Source of the DNA: Oscillospiraceae bacterium
GTDB taxonomy: Bacteria > Bacillota > Clostridia > Oscillospirales > Acutalibacteraceae
Direction: 5' to 3'
NCBI GenBank assembly: GCA_015065865.1
Contig: SVPM01000003.1
Coordinates: 4,206 to 68,205, forward strand
Length of the DNA: 64,000 nt
Positions 9,391 to 20,885 of this stretch are shown one piece after another (the first letter of the stretch is position 1; each line of letters opens with the position of its first letter). A program made the position numbers and the translations under genes. Below the pieces are notes generated by a model. The model worked only from the letters and a program-made list of their open reading frames with translations, had not been told where the DNA came from and ran no database searches.

Positions 9391-9570
9391 ACACCACTCC
9401 TTTTTCAATGGTTAGTATGCGCGAAAAAACACCTTTAAAAAAAGGAAAAAGACAACGATTTTGGAAGAAATTTCGCAGAATGTTTGCTAAAGTGCAACAT
9501 ACACTATGCTTGCAAACACGGTTGTAAAACGAAACGGCAAAACGCCGTATCAAGATAGGAGAAAGTTATC

Positions 9571-9762
9571 ATGTCGAAGAACAAGTCTGTTGTTCCCGAG
9601 GCGCGCGAAGGCCTCAACCGTTTCAAGATGGAAGCCGCAAACGAAGTGGGCGTGAACCTGAAGCAGGGTTACAACGGTGACCTGACTGCGAAGCAGGCGG
9701 GCTCCATCGGCGGTCAGATGGTCAAGAAGATGATCGAGCAGTACGAAAACGGCCTGAAATAA
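9571..9762 (+). CDS. Alpha/beta-type small acid-soluble spore protein (SASP)
   Basis: 63 aa: MSKNKSVVPEAREGLNRFKMEAANEVGVNLKQGYNGDLTAKQAGSIGGQMVKKMIEQYE. This matches the two conserved SASP blocks (KxEhAxEhGV and GxhTxxxxGxVGGxMVKxhI). TAGGAGA lies 8 nt upstream. Confidence 0.9.
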   Translation: MSKNKSVVPEAREGLNRFKMEAANEVGVNLKQGYNGDLTAKQAGSIGGQMVKKMIEQYENGLK

Positions 9763-9780
9763 GTCGATTTTCAACTGCGA

Positions 9781-9812
9781 GCGGTCGGGGCGTTTTGCCC
9801 CGACCGCTTTTC
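9781..9812 (+). terminator. Rho-independent terminator after ssp
   Basis: GCGGTCGGGGC-GTTTT-GCCCCGACCGC followed by TTTTC. Confidence 0.8.
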
Positions 9813-9844
9813 AAAATTTTTCCAAAAAAATCTTGTATGACTAC

Positions 9845-9872
9845 TTGACAAACGGGAAAAATGTGTTATAAT
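9845..9872 (+). promoter_or_regulatory. Sigma-A-type promoter for tRNA-Gln
   Basis: TTGACA (9845..9850), 16-nt spacer ending in TGT (extended -10), then TATAAT (9867..9872). It ends 16 nt before the tRNA 5' end. Confidence 0.7.
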
Positions 9873-9888
9873 CACTTATGCTAAATAT

Positions 9889-9962
9889 TGCGGAATGGTG
9901 TAATGGTAGCACTACAGTCTCTGAATCTGTCTGTTGGGGTTCGAGTCCCTGTTCCGCAGCCA
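9889..9962 (+). tRNA. tRNA-Gln (anticodon CTG)
   Basis: Hand-folded cloverleaf. Acceptor TGCGGAA/TTCCGCA with the U1-A72 pair and G73 typical of bacterial tRNA-Gln. Anticodon arm ACAGT-CTCTGAA-TCTGT gives U33-CUG-A37. T-arm TGGGG-TTCGAGT-CCCTG. The CCA is encoded. Confidence 0.9.
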
Positions 9963-10000
9963 AAAGAAAAAGACTACCCTCTGGGTAGTCTTTTTCTTTT
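9962..10000 (+). terminator. Rho-independent terminator after tRNA-Gln
   Basis: About 18-bp stem AAAAGAAAAAGACTACCC / GGGTAGTCTTTTTCTTTT with loop TCT. Confidence 0.75.
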
Positions 10001-10198
10001 ATCTGCTTCACGGGACTCGAAACGAACTCCAAGGGTGAGCGGCACAGCCCGCGAAGCCTTGGGAGCAACAGTCCGGTGGACTGTTGCGTTCGTGAGAAGA
10101 GAGTCCCGTCCTATTGTTTGCTCTTTCTTCGCGGTAAATTCTATTACAGCGTGTCGGCGAACGCCTCTCGTCCAAGCGAGCGATAGCGAGTGCGATAA

Positions 10199-10215
10199 AG
10201 TCCCTGTTCCGCAGC
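10199..10215 (+). repeat. 17-nt duplicate of the 3' end of tRNA-Gln (att-like scar)
   Basis: AGTCCCTGTTCCGCAGC at 10199..10215 is identical to 9944..9960 (T-arm 3' half plus acceptor 3' strand of the tRNA). Confidence 0.7.
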
Positions 10216-10216
10216 G

Positions 10217-10876
10217 TCATTCCGCGTGTTTTTGCGGAACAAAACACAGCATCGTCAAAAGAAGATAATACGGTGCATCCAGCAAGGTTTCGCCGAGCAC
10301 GCCCTTGATGAAGTTGAACACAACCACGAACGGATATTGATGCAACTCCACCGCCGCCACACATTTTACCGCCTCAAACAATACAGTAACGATGAAACAC
10401 GCGATCAACAGGCGGGCGCAGTACAACGGATACCGCCGCGCGGCGCGGCCGTGCGGGTGTCCGAGCTTACCTGTAAACAACACGATCAAAAACAGGCCAA
10501 ACAATATACTCTCCACCGCCGTTTCCACCGCGGCGATCGTGTCGGTCGGTAACAACCCACCGTGCACCAACAACCAAATCGCCGTTGCCGCCGTATATAT
10601 CTTCACCAACAGCAACACGAAATCGGGAAGCAACAGATACCGATACCGCACACGCAAGGTGATGAGTATTGCCACAGCGGTGTATATCGCGATGCAGATA
10701 AGGTCGATCTCACCCAGCGAAAACGAAAAGTGCAATTGTCGGTTTTCATATACCGCGACAGCACCTGCCAGCGCCTTTTCCACCGCCAAAAACACAAACA
10801 TCCAACGGGTCCACTGCCACAGTAAGTGTTGCCGTTCTTTGCTGTGAAGCAATTCGGTCAATTTGGAACGGATCAT
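10217..10876 (-). CDS. Hypothetical polytopic membrane protein
   Basis: Track ORF 10217..10960 trimmed to ATG 10876 (MIRSKLTELL...), which has GAGGAGG 4-5 nt upstream. About 6 hydrophobic segments and no recognisable motif. Confidence 0.5.
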   Translation of the reverse strand: MIRSKLTELLHSKERQHLLWQWTRWMFVFLAVEKALAGAVAVYENRQLHFSFSLGEIDLICIAIYTAVAILITLRVRYRYLLLPDFVLLLVKIYTAATAIWLLVHGGLLPTDTIAAVETAVESILFGLFLIVLFTGKLGHPHGRAARRYPLYCARLLIACFIVTVLFEAVKCVAAVELHQYPFVVVFNFIKGVLGETLLDAPYYLLLTMLCFVPQKHAE

Positions 10877-10887
10877 ATGACCTCCTC

Positions 10888-13707
<2,820 letters not shown>

Positions 13708-13841
13708 TCATCAGCATTTGGGTTCAATATATCACTTTTTGCCGCTTTTTTCAAGTCATTTGCACAAATTTTACGGCTTTTCAATTGACTTTTCGTGTTA
13801 TATGTGAAATAATAGGTGCAGTACCGAGGGAGGTGCCTGCT

Positions 13842-15995
13842 ATGTATTCCCACCGCGAGGTTGCTTCGATTGCTCAAAACGTGTTTAAGGTGACGCTGTG
13901 CGGCACCGTGCACGAAGAACGCGCAAGTTATTTCGTGCAAGCCGAACGTCCCGACACGCATTTTACGGGTGAGTGCGCCTGTACCGCCGATGCGGCGGGG
14001 CTGTTGCGTTTTTCGCTGAACGGTCGGGAAGTGCTGCGCGAGATCGCAACGCCGTTCACGCTTGGCTTCGGCATTGCGGAAAACGATGCCGTATACGGTC
14101 TGGGGTTGCACCAACAAACGGCGTTCAACCGTCGCGGCACCGTGTGCCAAATGCTGCAAAACAACGGCGTTTCCACCGCCGTGCCGTTTATGACCTCCAA
14201 CGGGGGGTACGCCCTGCTGTTTGACACCTGCGCGTTTATGAGCGTGGGTATCGACAAGCCCTGCACCACCGAATACCACGATACGTTCGATACCGCGGAA
14301 CGCTGCCCGAACGAAATTCACGTTTTCGCGGATGATGCGGCCGTGTTCACCTATTATGTGATCTTGGACGAGCGCATTGACGGGCAGATCGCCGCCTACC
14401 GTGCGCTCACAGGGCACGCGCCGCTGTTCCCGAAATGGGCATACGGTTTCTTCCAAAGCCGCGAACATTACGGGACACAGGAGGAGATTCTTTCGGTGGC
14501 ACGCGAATTTCGCCGCCGTCACATTCCGCTGGATTGCATCGTGCAGGATTGGAACTACTGGGGCGAACACGGCTGGAACGCGATAAAGTGGGATGCCGAC
14601 CGCTATCCCAACCCGACCGCTATGACACAGGCTATCCACGATATGGATATGAAGATCATTATTTCGGTATGGCCGAGTGTAGGGCCGCAAACCAAGGTTT
14701 GCAAAGAACTGGAGGCGGTGGGCGGCATTTTGGAAAAGCCCGGCCGTTCGGGTGAAAATTGGGGGCGGGTGCACGACCCGTTCAATCCGAAAGCGGCGGC
14801 GATCGTATGGGACTATATGCGCCGCAACTTATGGGACAGCGGTGTGGACGGCTGGTGGTTGGATTCCACCGAACCGGATATCGACGGTTCCAACTCCAAA
14901 AATCTTCGCTTTTGCTGTGATACCGCACGAGGGCCGACACGGCGTTTTTTGAACGCTTACGCACTGGCGGCCGTCCGCAACACCTATTGCGCGCAACGGG
15001 CCGCGGCGCCCGACCGCCGCGTGTTTATTCTCACACGCAGCGGCTGGGCGGGACAACAGTGCCACGCCGCCGCCACTTGGACGGGCGACGTCACGGCCGA
15101 CTGGGACGTGTTCCGCAACCAACTGAACTCGCTTCTCAGTTTCAGTTTGTCGGGCGTGCCGTATTCCACCACCGATATCGGCGGTTTCTGGGTGCGGGAG
15201 GATTTCCCCGACGGCAACCAAAACCCCGCCTACCGTGAACTCTACACCCGTTGGTTCTGGTTCGGCGTGTTCAGCCCGCTGTTCCGTTCGCACGGCACCT
15301 CCACCCCGCGGGAAATGTGGTTCTTCGGCGACAAGGGAGATGAGCACTACGAAGCACAGTTGGCCGCCTCACGCCTGCGCTACACGCTGATGCCGTATAT
15401 CTACGCCACCGCGTTTCGCGTGTACGACGAGGGGTATTCCTTCCTGCGGCCGCTCGCGGCGGCCTTCAACGATACCGCCGTCACAAGCACGTTCGACACC
15501 TATATGTTTGGTGACAGTTTGCTGGTACATATCGTCACCGCACCAGCACAACGAGAAGCCGCGATATATCTTCCTCGCGGATGTGATTGGTACGATTACT
15601 TCACGGCACAGAAGTACGAGGGCGGCACCACCGTCACGACGGCAACGCCCCTTTCGACCACACCGCTGTTTGTAAAAAGCGGCTCGATCCTCCTCACCGC
15701 CGCCCCTGCCGAATGTACCGCACGACAGGACAATACCCGCCTTACCGTAAAGGTGTTCACGGGGCGCGATGCCGCCACATTCCACTACGTGGACGACGGT
15801 GACGGCTACGCCTATGAAAACGGCGTATATATGAAGATCCCTTTCACATGGGACGATGCCGACCGCACGTTGACGGTGGGAACACCCGCGGGCGACCCCC
15901 GCTTTGACCCCCGCCGCACGCTAACGGTGGAAGTAAACGGTGTCCCTTGCGGCAGGTTTGATTACAGCGGTGAAACATTGGAAATTCGGCTGTAA
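13842..15995 (+). CDS. Glycoside hydrolase family 31 (alpha-glucosidase/alpha-xylosidase type)
   Basis: GVDGWWLDSTEPD (nucleophile-Asp region), AATWTGDVTADW and RSHG blocks typical of GH31. ATG 13842 is preceded by GAGGGAGG. The track ORF begins 19 codons earlier without an RBS. Confidence 0.85.
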   Translation: MYSHREVASIAQNVFKVTLCGTVHEERASYFVQAERPDTHFTGECACTADAAGLLRFSLNGREVLREIATPFTLGFGIAENDAVYGLGLHQQTAFNRRGTVCQMLQNNGVSTAVPFMTSNGGYALLFDTCAFMSVGIDKPCTTEYHDTFDTAERCPNEIHVFADDAAVFTYYVILDERIDGQIAAYRALTGHAPLFPKWAYGFFQSREHYGTQEEILSVAREFRRRHIPLDCIVQDWNYWGEHGWNAIKWDADRYPNPTAMTQAIHDMDMKIIISVWPSVGPQTKVCKELEAVGGILEKPGRSGENWGRVHDPFNPKAAAIVWDYMRRNLWDSGVDGWWLDSTEPDIDGSNSKNLRFCCDTARGPTRRFLNAYALAAVRNTYCAQRAAAPDRRVFILTRSGWAGQQCHAAATWTGDVTADWDVFRNQLNSLLSFSLSGVPYSTTDIGGFWVREDFPDGNQNPAYRELYTRWFWFGVFSPLFRSHGTSTPREMWFFGDKGDEHYEAQLAASRLRYTLMPYIYATAFRVYDEGYSFLRPLAAAFNDTAVTSTFDTYMFGDSLLVHIVTAPAQREAAIYLPRGCDWYDYFTAQKYEGGTTVTTATPLSTTPLFVKSGSILLTAAPAECTARQDNTRLTVKVFTGRDAATFHYVDDGDGYAYENGVYMKIPFTWDDADRTLTVGTPAGDPRFDPRRTLTVEVNGVPCGRFDYSGETLEIRL

Positions 15996-16033
15996 AAGCA
16001 CGAAAACATAACAACAGTTAGGATGGGATTTTA

Positions 16034-16963
16034 ATGAACACAAATCAAAATCACGAGAATAACAATGACCGTCAGGGTTTACTAAAACGCTGCCACGACC
16101 TGCAAAAAGCGTTTCTCCTCCCCTTGCTGGGCCTCCTCTTGGGAATTGCGATTCTTGTACTCTGCTTACACACCAAAAGCAGTATCCTTATGGTTTTCGG
16201 ACTTGCGATCATTATATACGTTTTAAGGATTCACCCGACCGTTCGAAAAATATATCACACGGCGGACAGGGAGTTTTTGCAATCCACGTTCAAGACCGAT
16301 TTGTTCTACGGCGGATTGAGTGAAACAAACAAATTATTGGTAAAGACCACCAAAGCCGCTTTTGGGAATATTCGCGGCGAGAACATACACCATTGTTTTT
16401 CCATCTATTTGAACGTGTTTATTCGCAGCCACGGTGGACTTTCTCCGGAATATTCCACACCGCAATATATCTTGGAGAGAGTACTCAAGAAATTTTCCCA
16501 CCTCCCCCAAGCAGCCGTTAAACTTTGTGCCACGGTGTCTTTGGAATACATTTATCACCACGAACCTCAGCTGAAGAAAAAGCACGCGCAACAAAGCGAA
16601 CTCGCACAACTCTTGCACACCACCCAAAAGTACGTTGCGGACATGGCACCGAAAAACGCTCACCTTTGTGACTTGCATCTGCAGGACGAGGATTACGGGC
16701 TGGTTTCCGACAAACCGATCTTTGTTGCCGGTTTTGATGAAGCAAAGAAATACCTGTCACGACTGACCAACGCCGACAATGTAGCACCGAATATTCGGCG
16801 TTTGGGATCTATGACAGAAGACGGCATCAGTGCCCCCGTCGATATATACTCTCTCACTTTCGACAACGGCGAAGAGTTGCGGATCTACGTTTCTAATTAC
16901 GGAACTAAGACCTCTACCGTCGCCCCCCGTGGCTTAGTATTACGAAGTGAACGTACAAAATGA
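16034..16963 (+). CDS. Hypothetical membrane-anchored protein (orphan, lower GC)
   Basis: 309 aa with two N-terminal hydrophobic helices (LLPLLGLLLGIAILVLCL, ILMVFGLAIIIYVL) and then a soluble region with no motif I recognise. Spot GC is about 40% (24/60 at 16201..16260) against about 57% in the flanks. Confidence 0.5.
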   Translation: MNTNQNHENNNDRQGLLKRCHDLQKAFLLPLLGLLLGIAILVLCLHTKSSILMVFGLAIIIYVLRIHPTVRKIYHTADREFLQSTFKTDLFYGGLSETNKLLVKTTKAAFGNIRGENIHHCFSIYLNVFIRSHGGLSPEYSTPQYILERVLKKFSHLPQAAVKLCATVSLEYIYHHEPQLKKKHAQQSELAQLLHTTQKYVADMAPKNAHLCDLHLQDEDYGLVSDKPIFVAGFDEAKKYLSRLTNADNVAPNIRRLGSMTEDGISAPVDIYSLTFDNGEELRIYVSNYGTKTSTVAPRGLVLRSERTK

Positions 16964-16975
16964 ATTCTAGTAAAT

Positions 16976-17002
16976 ATCCACCGGTATCGCCGGTGGATTT
17001 TC
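16976..17002 (+). terminator. Rho-independent terminator after 16034..16963
   Basis: ATCCACCGG-TATCG-CCGGTGGAT followed by TTTTC. A second hairpin AGCGCCTGCAGGCGCT plus TTTTTG follows at about 17030..17051. Confidence 0.65.
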
Positions 17003-17115
17003 AAAAACGCCTGTAAGGCTCTGTTATTAGCAGCGCCTGCAGGCGCTTTTTGCGGCCTAACACCTGCGAGGGGATTGTTACTTGGTACCCGTAAACGGAC
17101 GCTCCTTTGCCAAAG

Positions 17116-17251
17116 CTCCCCTTGTCAGAGGAGCCGACGAGCGTAGCAAGACTGAGGGGTAGTGAAACATCGCAGAAACGAGTTTCTCCTACTACCCCTC
17201 CGATTTTTGGTCGCTCTCACGGCCAAAAATCACCTCCCCTGACAAGGGGAG
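17116..17251. repeat. Composite nested-palindrome element (REP/MITE-like or structured RNA)
   Basis: Outer 13-bp inverted repeat CTCCCCTTGTCAG (17116..17128) / CTGACAAGGGGAG (17239..17251). It encloses GAGGGGTAGT (17154..17163) / ACTACCCCTC (17191..17200) and GATTTTTGG (17202..17210) / CCAAAAATC (17223..17231). Confidence 0.4.
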
Positions 17252-17360
17252 GCAAGGCTTCTTTGATCGTTTCATTGTCCATCTTTTGAAGATATATCTT
17301 TTCCCACTCACCGCTAAAGCTTTTTTGAACCACCGGCACAGCCGGGGGGCGCTCACAAAA

Positions 17361-17396
17361 TAACAGCGGAGTGGAAATCCACTCCGCTGTTGTGTT
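17361..17396 (-). terminator. Terminator after the M20 peptidase gene (bidirectional hairpin)
   Basis: AACAGCGGAGTGG-AAAT-CCACTCCGCTGTT immediately downstream of the stop at 17397, with T-rich sequence on both sides. Confidence 0.6.
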
Positions 17397-18851
17397 TTAT
17401 CGTTTTTCCTGCAAACGGATCACGGTTTTGTAGTAATCCACCGCGGCAGGCAAGCAACCCGCTTCGATGTTTTCGTTCAGACCGTGCATCCCCTTCATCT
17501 GTTCGGGGCCGTAATTCACAGGCGCAAACCGCACGCAACTGTCGCACACCTCGCCGTAAAAACGGGCATCGGTCGCCCCCGTGACCACATAGGGCAACAC
17601 CCCCACGTCGGGGAAGCACGCGGTGATCGCCTCTTGTGTTACGGCAAACGCCTCCCCTTTCAGGTCCAATGAGGCGGAGGGCATACCGCGATATATCACC
17701 TCGGTCTCCACGCCGTATTTTTCGGCAAGGGCGGTGATGATCGCCAAACTTTCCTCGGTGCCTTGATGCGGGATAAAACGCATATTGGCGCACACCGTGG
17801 CCTCGGTCGGCAACACGTTATACCCTTCCGACCCGCTTTGCATGGTAAAGGCAATGGTGGTCGCTAGCATGGCCGCCGCCTGTGCGCTGATAAGCGGCAT
17901 CACTTTTTTAAGCAGCGGGCGGAACAGCCACAAATTCGCCATCACGAGCCGCAAGCCGAAATTCCCGCAATAGGGCGCAATGCGCCCGAACATCGCATTC
18001 ACCGCAGGTGAAAACGCCGCTTTAAACGGCGAGCGTTTTTCCACCCGTGCCACAAACTTGGCAAGACGCGGAATGGGGGTGTTGCGGGCGGGTGCGCTGG
18101 CGTGCCCGCCGACCGAACGGGCGGTAAATTTCACGTCGCCATACCCTTTTTCAAAAATGCCCACAGCGGCAAAATGCCCTTTCACGCCCACCACGGGGTC
18201 TTGCACGATGCTACCGCCCTCATCACACAACATAAACAGGCGCACACCATGTTCTTTTAACCACGCGGCCAGTTTGGGCGCGCCGTCACCGCCGACCTCT
18301 TCGGTGCAACTGCTGGCAAGATACACGTCACACGCGGGGGTATATCCTTCGGCAAGCAGCTCTTCCGTCGCTTGGAAGAACGCCATCAAACTGGCTTTGG
18401 TATCGGCCGCACCGCGCCCCCACACCTTATCTTCCGCGATCATTCCCGAAAACGGCGGATATTTCCACGCCGTTTCATCCCCTGCTTCCACCACGTCCAT
18501 GTGGCTCATCAGCAAAATGGGGGCTTTGTTGCTCTGCCCTTTCCATTTGAGCATCAAGTTGCCGTCGATCTCGATCTTTTCGGCGGCGGCAAAGGTGCGG
18601 GGAAACAGCTCTTCCATCAAACCGTGAAATGCGCGGAATTTTTCCACCTCCGCCACGCCGCGGCGGGAGACGGTTTCCACCTGCACCATACGGGAAAGTT
18701 TACCCGCGTATTCCTCCACGCGGGCGGTATCGTCCGACAGCGTGTACACGGTACTTTTGCGCGGAAGCCGCAACGTGCGTGCCAGTGCGGCAAGCAACAG
18801 CAAAAGCAGTATACCGCCCACGGCGGCAAGGGCCCACCAAACAAACGCCAT
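17397..18851 (-). CDS. M20-family metallopeptidase with N-terminal membrane anchor
   Basis: 484 aa with N-terminal TM MAFVWWALAAVGGILLLLLLAALA. Metal-ligand blocks LLMSHMDVVEAG and SSCTEEVGGDG. AGGAGGAGG lies 8 nt upstream of the ATG. Confidence 0.8.
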   Translation of the reverse strand: MAFVWWALAAVGGILLLLLLAALARTLRLPRKSTVYTLSDDTARVEEYAGKLSRMVQVETVSRRGVAEVEKFRAFHGLMEELFPRTFAAAEKIEIDGNLMLKWKGQSNKAPILLMSHMDVVEAGDETAWKYPPFSGMIAEDKVWGRGAADTKASLMAFFQATEELLAEGYTPACDVYLASSCTEEVGGDGAPKLAAWLKEHGVRLFMLCDEGGSIVQDPVVGVKGHFAAVGIFEKGYGDVKFTARSVGGHASAPARNTPIPRLAKFVARVEKRSPFKAAFSPAVNAMFGRIAPYCGNFGLRLVMANLWLFRPLLKKVMPLISAQAAAMLATTIAFTMQSGSEGYNVLPTEATVCANMRFIPHQGTEESLAIITALAEKYGVETEVIYRGMPSASLDLKGEAFAVTQEAITACFPDVGVLPYVVTGATDARFYGEVCDSCVRFAPVNYGPEQMKGMHGLNENIEAGCLPAAVDYYKTVIRLQEKR

Positions 18852-18854
18852 CGG

Positions 18855-19553
18855 TTATTCCTCCTCCTGCGGGGCTTCAGCCTTGGCCCGACGGAACAGC
18901 ATCCACGCATGGGCGATCGCGATCGCACCGCTGAGCAACATCAAGAATCCAACGCTGGAAATGAGCGACGGCACGCACACGAACAGCACCGACATCACGA
19001 TAAGCGGGATCGCCACGATCTGTTTGCCGCGGCGGAAATACTTATACGCCATCGCACCGAACAGTGCGGGCACCACGTTGTTAAACGCCGGTTGCAGCAC
19101 GGGCGCACTCAAAATGGGCTGCAACGGAATGAGCAGCAACACACCCAGTGCAATAACGGCGGTGGTGACCAACGAAGACGTGGCGATCGAAAGGGTGGAC
19201 ACGATCTCGTTTTCGGTGGTGCCTGCCTCAGTACCCACGATGTCCCGCGCGTTAAGCGCACAGGGAATCTTCATATTGATAAGGTTGCCCGTTAAAAACG
19301 CGAGGTAACTGCCGCCCGCACCCAGCATCGGGGTATACACCAAAAACTCTACGATACAACTCGGGATATAGATGATACCGATCTGAAGCAGGCCTTTCGC
19401 AAAGGCGGAAAGATTCGGCAACGCACCGAGCGACAACCCCATGGCAAACGGCGCCGCAAGCATCAGCACAATGCCGATAAGCGCACCGATTCGCCCGAAC
19501 AGGTGGGTGCGCGCCATATATTTCGAAAGATACTTTTCATGGTTCTCTGTCAA
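18855..19553 (-). CDS. Polytopic membrane protein (uncharacterised, likely transporter subunit)
   Basis: The body of track ORF 18855..19646 is highly hydrophobic. The best start is TTG 19553 (AAGGAGG 9 nt upstream, just after the upstream stop), with ATG 19517 as an alternative. It ends 4 nt before the M20 gene. Confidence 0.55.
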   Translation of the reverse strand: MTENHEKYLSKYMARTHLFGRIGALIGIVLMLAAPFAMGLSLGALPNLSAFAKGLLQIGIIYIPSCIVEFLVYTPMLGAGGSYLAFLTGNLINMKIPCALNARDIVGTEAGTTENEIVSTLSIATSSLVTTAVIALGVLLLIPLQPILSAPVLQPAFNNVVPALFGAMAYKYFRRGKQIVAIPLIVMSVLFVCVPSLISSVGFLMLLSGAIAIAHAWMLFRRAKAEAPQEEE

Positions 19554-19567
19554 CGTGCTCACCCTCC

Positions 19568-20317
19568 TTACCATATGATACCAACGATCACAGCCGCCGT
19601 CATACCGACGAGCATACTGCCGGCGATCGAGAAATTGTCGAGCCACGCCACTTTCTTCTTTTCGGAGAAGAAGGTGAACACCGCCATGGCAAGGGCGGCA
19701 AACGCCAACGTAACGAGCGGCAGATAGTTACCCGTGACCACCAGTGTACCGCTCTTTAACTGCAACAGCGTGCCGACATAACTGCCGAGATAGGCAGTGA
19801 TAAGGCCGATAAACATTGCGGTCATCGCGCTGTCACCGAAACTCTTGCCACCGGATTTTTTGGTGGAACTGCGTTGCAGACGATTGCAATACGTCTTGCC
19901 AAACAGCGCCATACACAGCACACCCCAGATGATACCCACGGCCATCAACAGGCCGATGGTGGCAAACACTTCGGCGGTCATATTGCCGTCGAGCCCCGAA
20001 AGTCCCGCGCTTTTGGCGGCGATATCCGCCACACTGGTTTCATAGTGCAACGCACCCACTACCGACAAACGCAGCCACGGCAACGGCACGCCGAGCGACC
20101 CTGCAAGCGCAATCACGCCGAGCAGGATGCTGATGCTCGGCAACAGTGAAAAGGTCGCGCTGGCGGTAACGGCACGACGCAGTTTTTGCTTATCCATACC
20201 AATGGCAACACCCGCGCGCCACGCCCGCACCATAAAAAAGATGCTGAATGCGATCACAAACAGAATGATCACACCGCTGATAAGATACAGCGGCCAACTG
20301 TTCAGTTGTGCTAACAT
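19568..20317 (-). CDS. Polytopic membrane protein (uncharacterised, likely transporter subunit)
   Basis: 249 aa, MLAQLNSWPLYLISGVIILFVIAFSIFFMV..., with about 6 hydrophobic segments. AAAGGGG lies 8 nt upstream of the ATG. Confidence 0.6.
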   Translation of the reverse strand: MLAQLNSWPLYLISGVIILFVIAFSIFFMVRAWRAGVAIGMDKQKLRRAVTASATFSLLPSISILLGVIALAGSLGVPLPWLRLSVVGALHYETSVADIAAKSAGLSGLDGNMTAEVFATIGLLMAVGIIWGVLCMALFGKTYCNRLQRSSTKKSGGKSFGDSAMTAMFIGLITAYLGSYVGTLLQLKSGTLVVTGNYLPLVTLAFAALAMAVFTFFSEKKKVAWLDNFSIAGSMLVGMTAAVIVGIIW

Positions 20318-20345
20318 ATGTTCTACCCCTTTATGTTATTTCACC

Positions 20346-20885
20346 CTACAACGTCACCAAACGGGGGTTGCGTTTCAGCGCGGGGAGCACCGTGCGAAGC
20401 AACACGTCGGTGGGAAACGCGATGCTGGCAGTGGTCACGCACGGGTGACAACCAAACGTGGCTTCTTCCAGCAGATCGCGGTCGATCAACAACTGCACCT
20501 TTCCTACCGTATCGTGAAGCAACCCCATCACGCTGGCGCAACCGGGGGTGACCCCCAACAGTTCTTCCATTCGTTCGGGTGACGCAAACGAAAGACGGGC
20601 CGAGCCGATCTGTGCCGAGAGATCTTTGGTGCGAAACGGCTTTTCGCCCGGCATCAGCAAAAGATAAAAGGCCGTTTCCTGCCGATTGCACAGCACCAAG
20701 TTTTTACAAAGCGGTGCACCGAGCGCCGCTTTGGGCGCAACGCAATCCTCCATCGTGGCAACCGCGGGGTGATCCACACGGCGGTACGCCACCTCCAGAG
20801 AATCCAAAAAGTCATACACCCGCATTTCACGGGGCGAACGCCCCTCTGTCACAGAGGGGCGTCCGTTTTCTACACGTAACTCCAT
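20346..20885 (-). CDS. YbaK/ProX-type aminoacyl-tRNA editing domain protein (prolyl-tRNA synthetase-associated domain)
   Basis: 179 aa: RVYDFLDSLEVAYRRVDHPAVATMEDC...KNLVLCNRQETAFYLLLMPGEKPFRTKDLS...GCASVMGL, typical of stand-alone YbaK-like deacylases. The ATG overlaps the fhs stop (TGATG). Confidence 0.7.
   Translation of the reverse strand: MELRVENGRPSVTEGRSPREMRVYDFLDSLEVAYRRVDHPAVATMEDCVAPKAALGAPLCKNLVLCNRQETAFYLLLMPGEKPFRTKDLSAQIGSARLSFASPERMEELLGVTPGCASVMGLLHDTVGKVQLLIDRDLLEEATFGCHPCVTTASIAFPTDVLLRTVLPALKRNPRLVTL

Noticed and set aside
9409-9570. A forespore (sigma-G/sigma-F type) promoter upstream of the SASP gene, and likewise at 62188..62275 upstream of the spoVT remnant.
   Set aside because: I found CATACAC- and CATAATA-like -10 candidates but no properly spaced -35 (GnATA-type). 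The evidence is too weak to annotate.
17107-17289. A 60-aa ORF spanning the nested palindromic element.
   Set aside because: It has no RBS, its sequence is dictated by the palindromes, and it sits in a convergent intergenic region. It is more plausibly a non-coding repeat.
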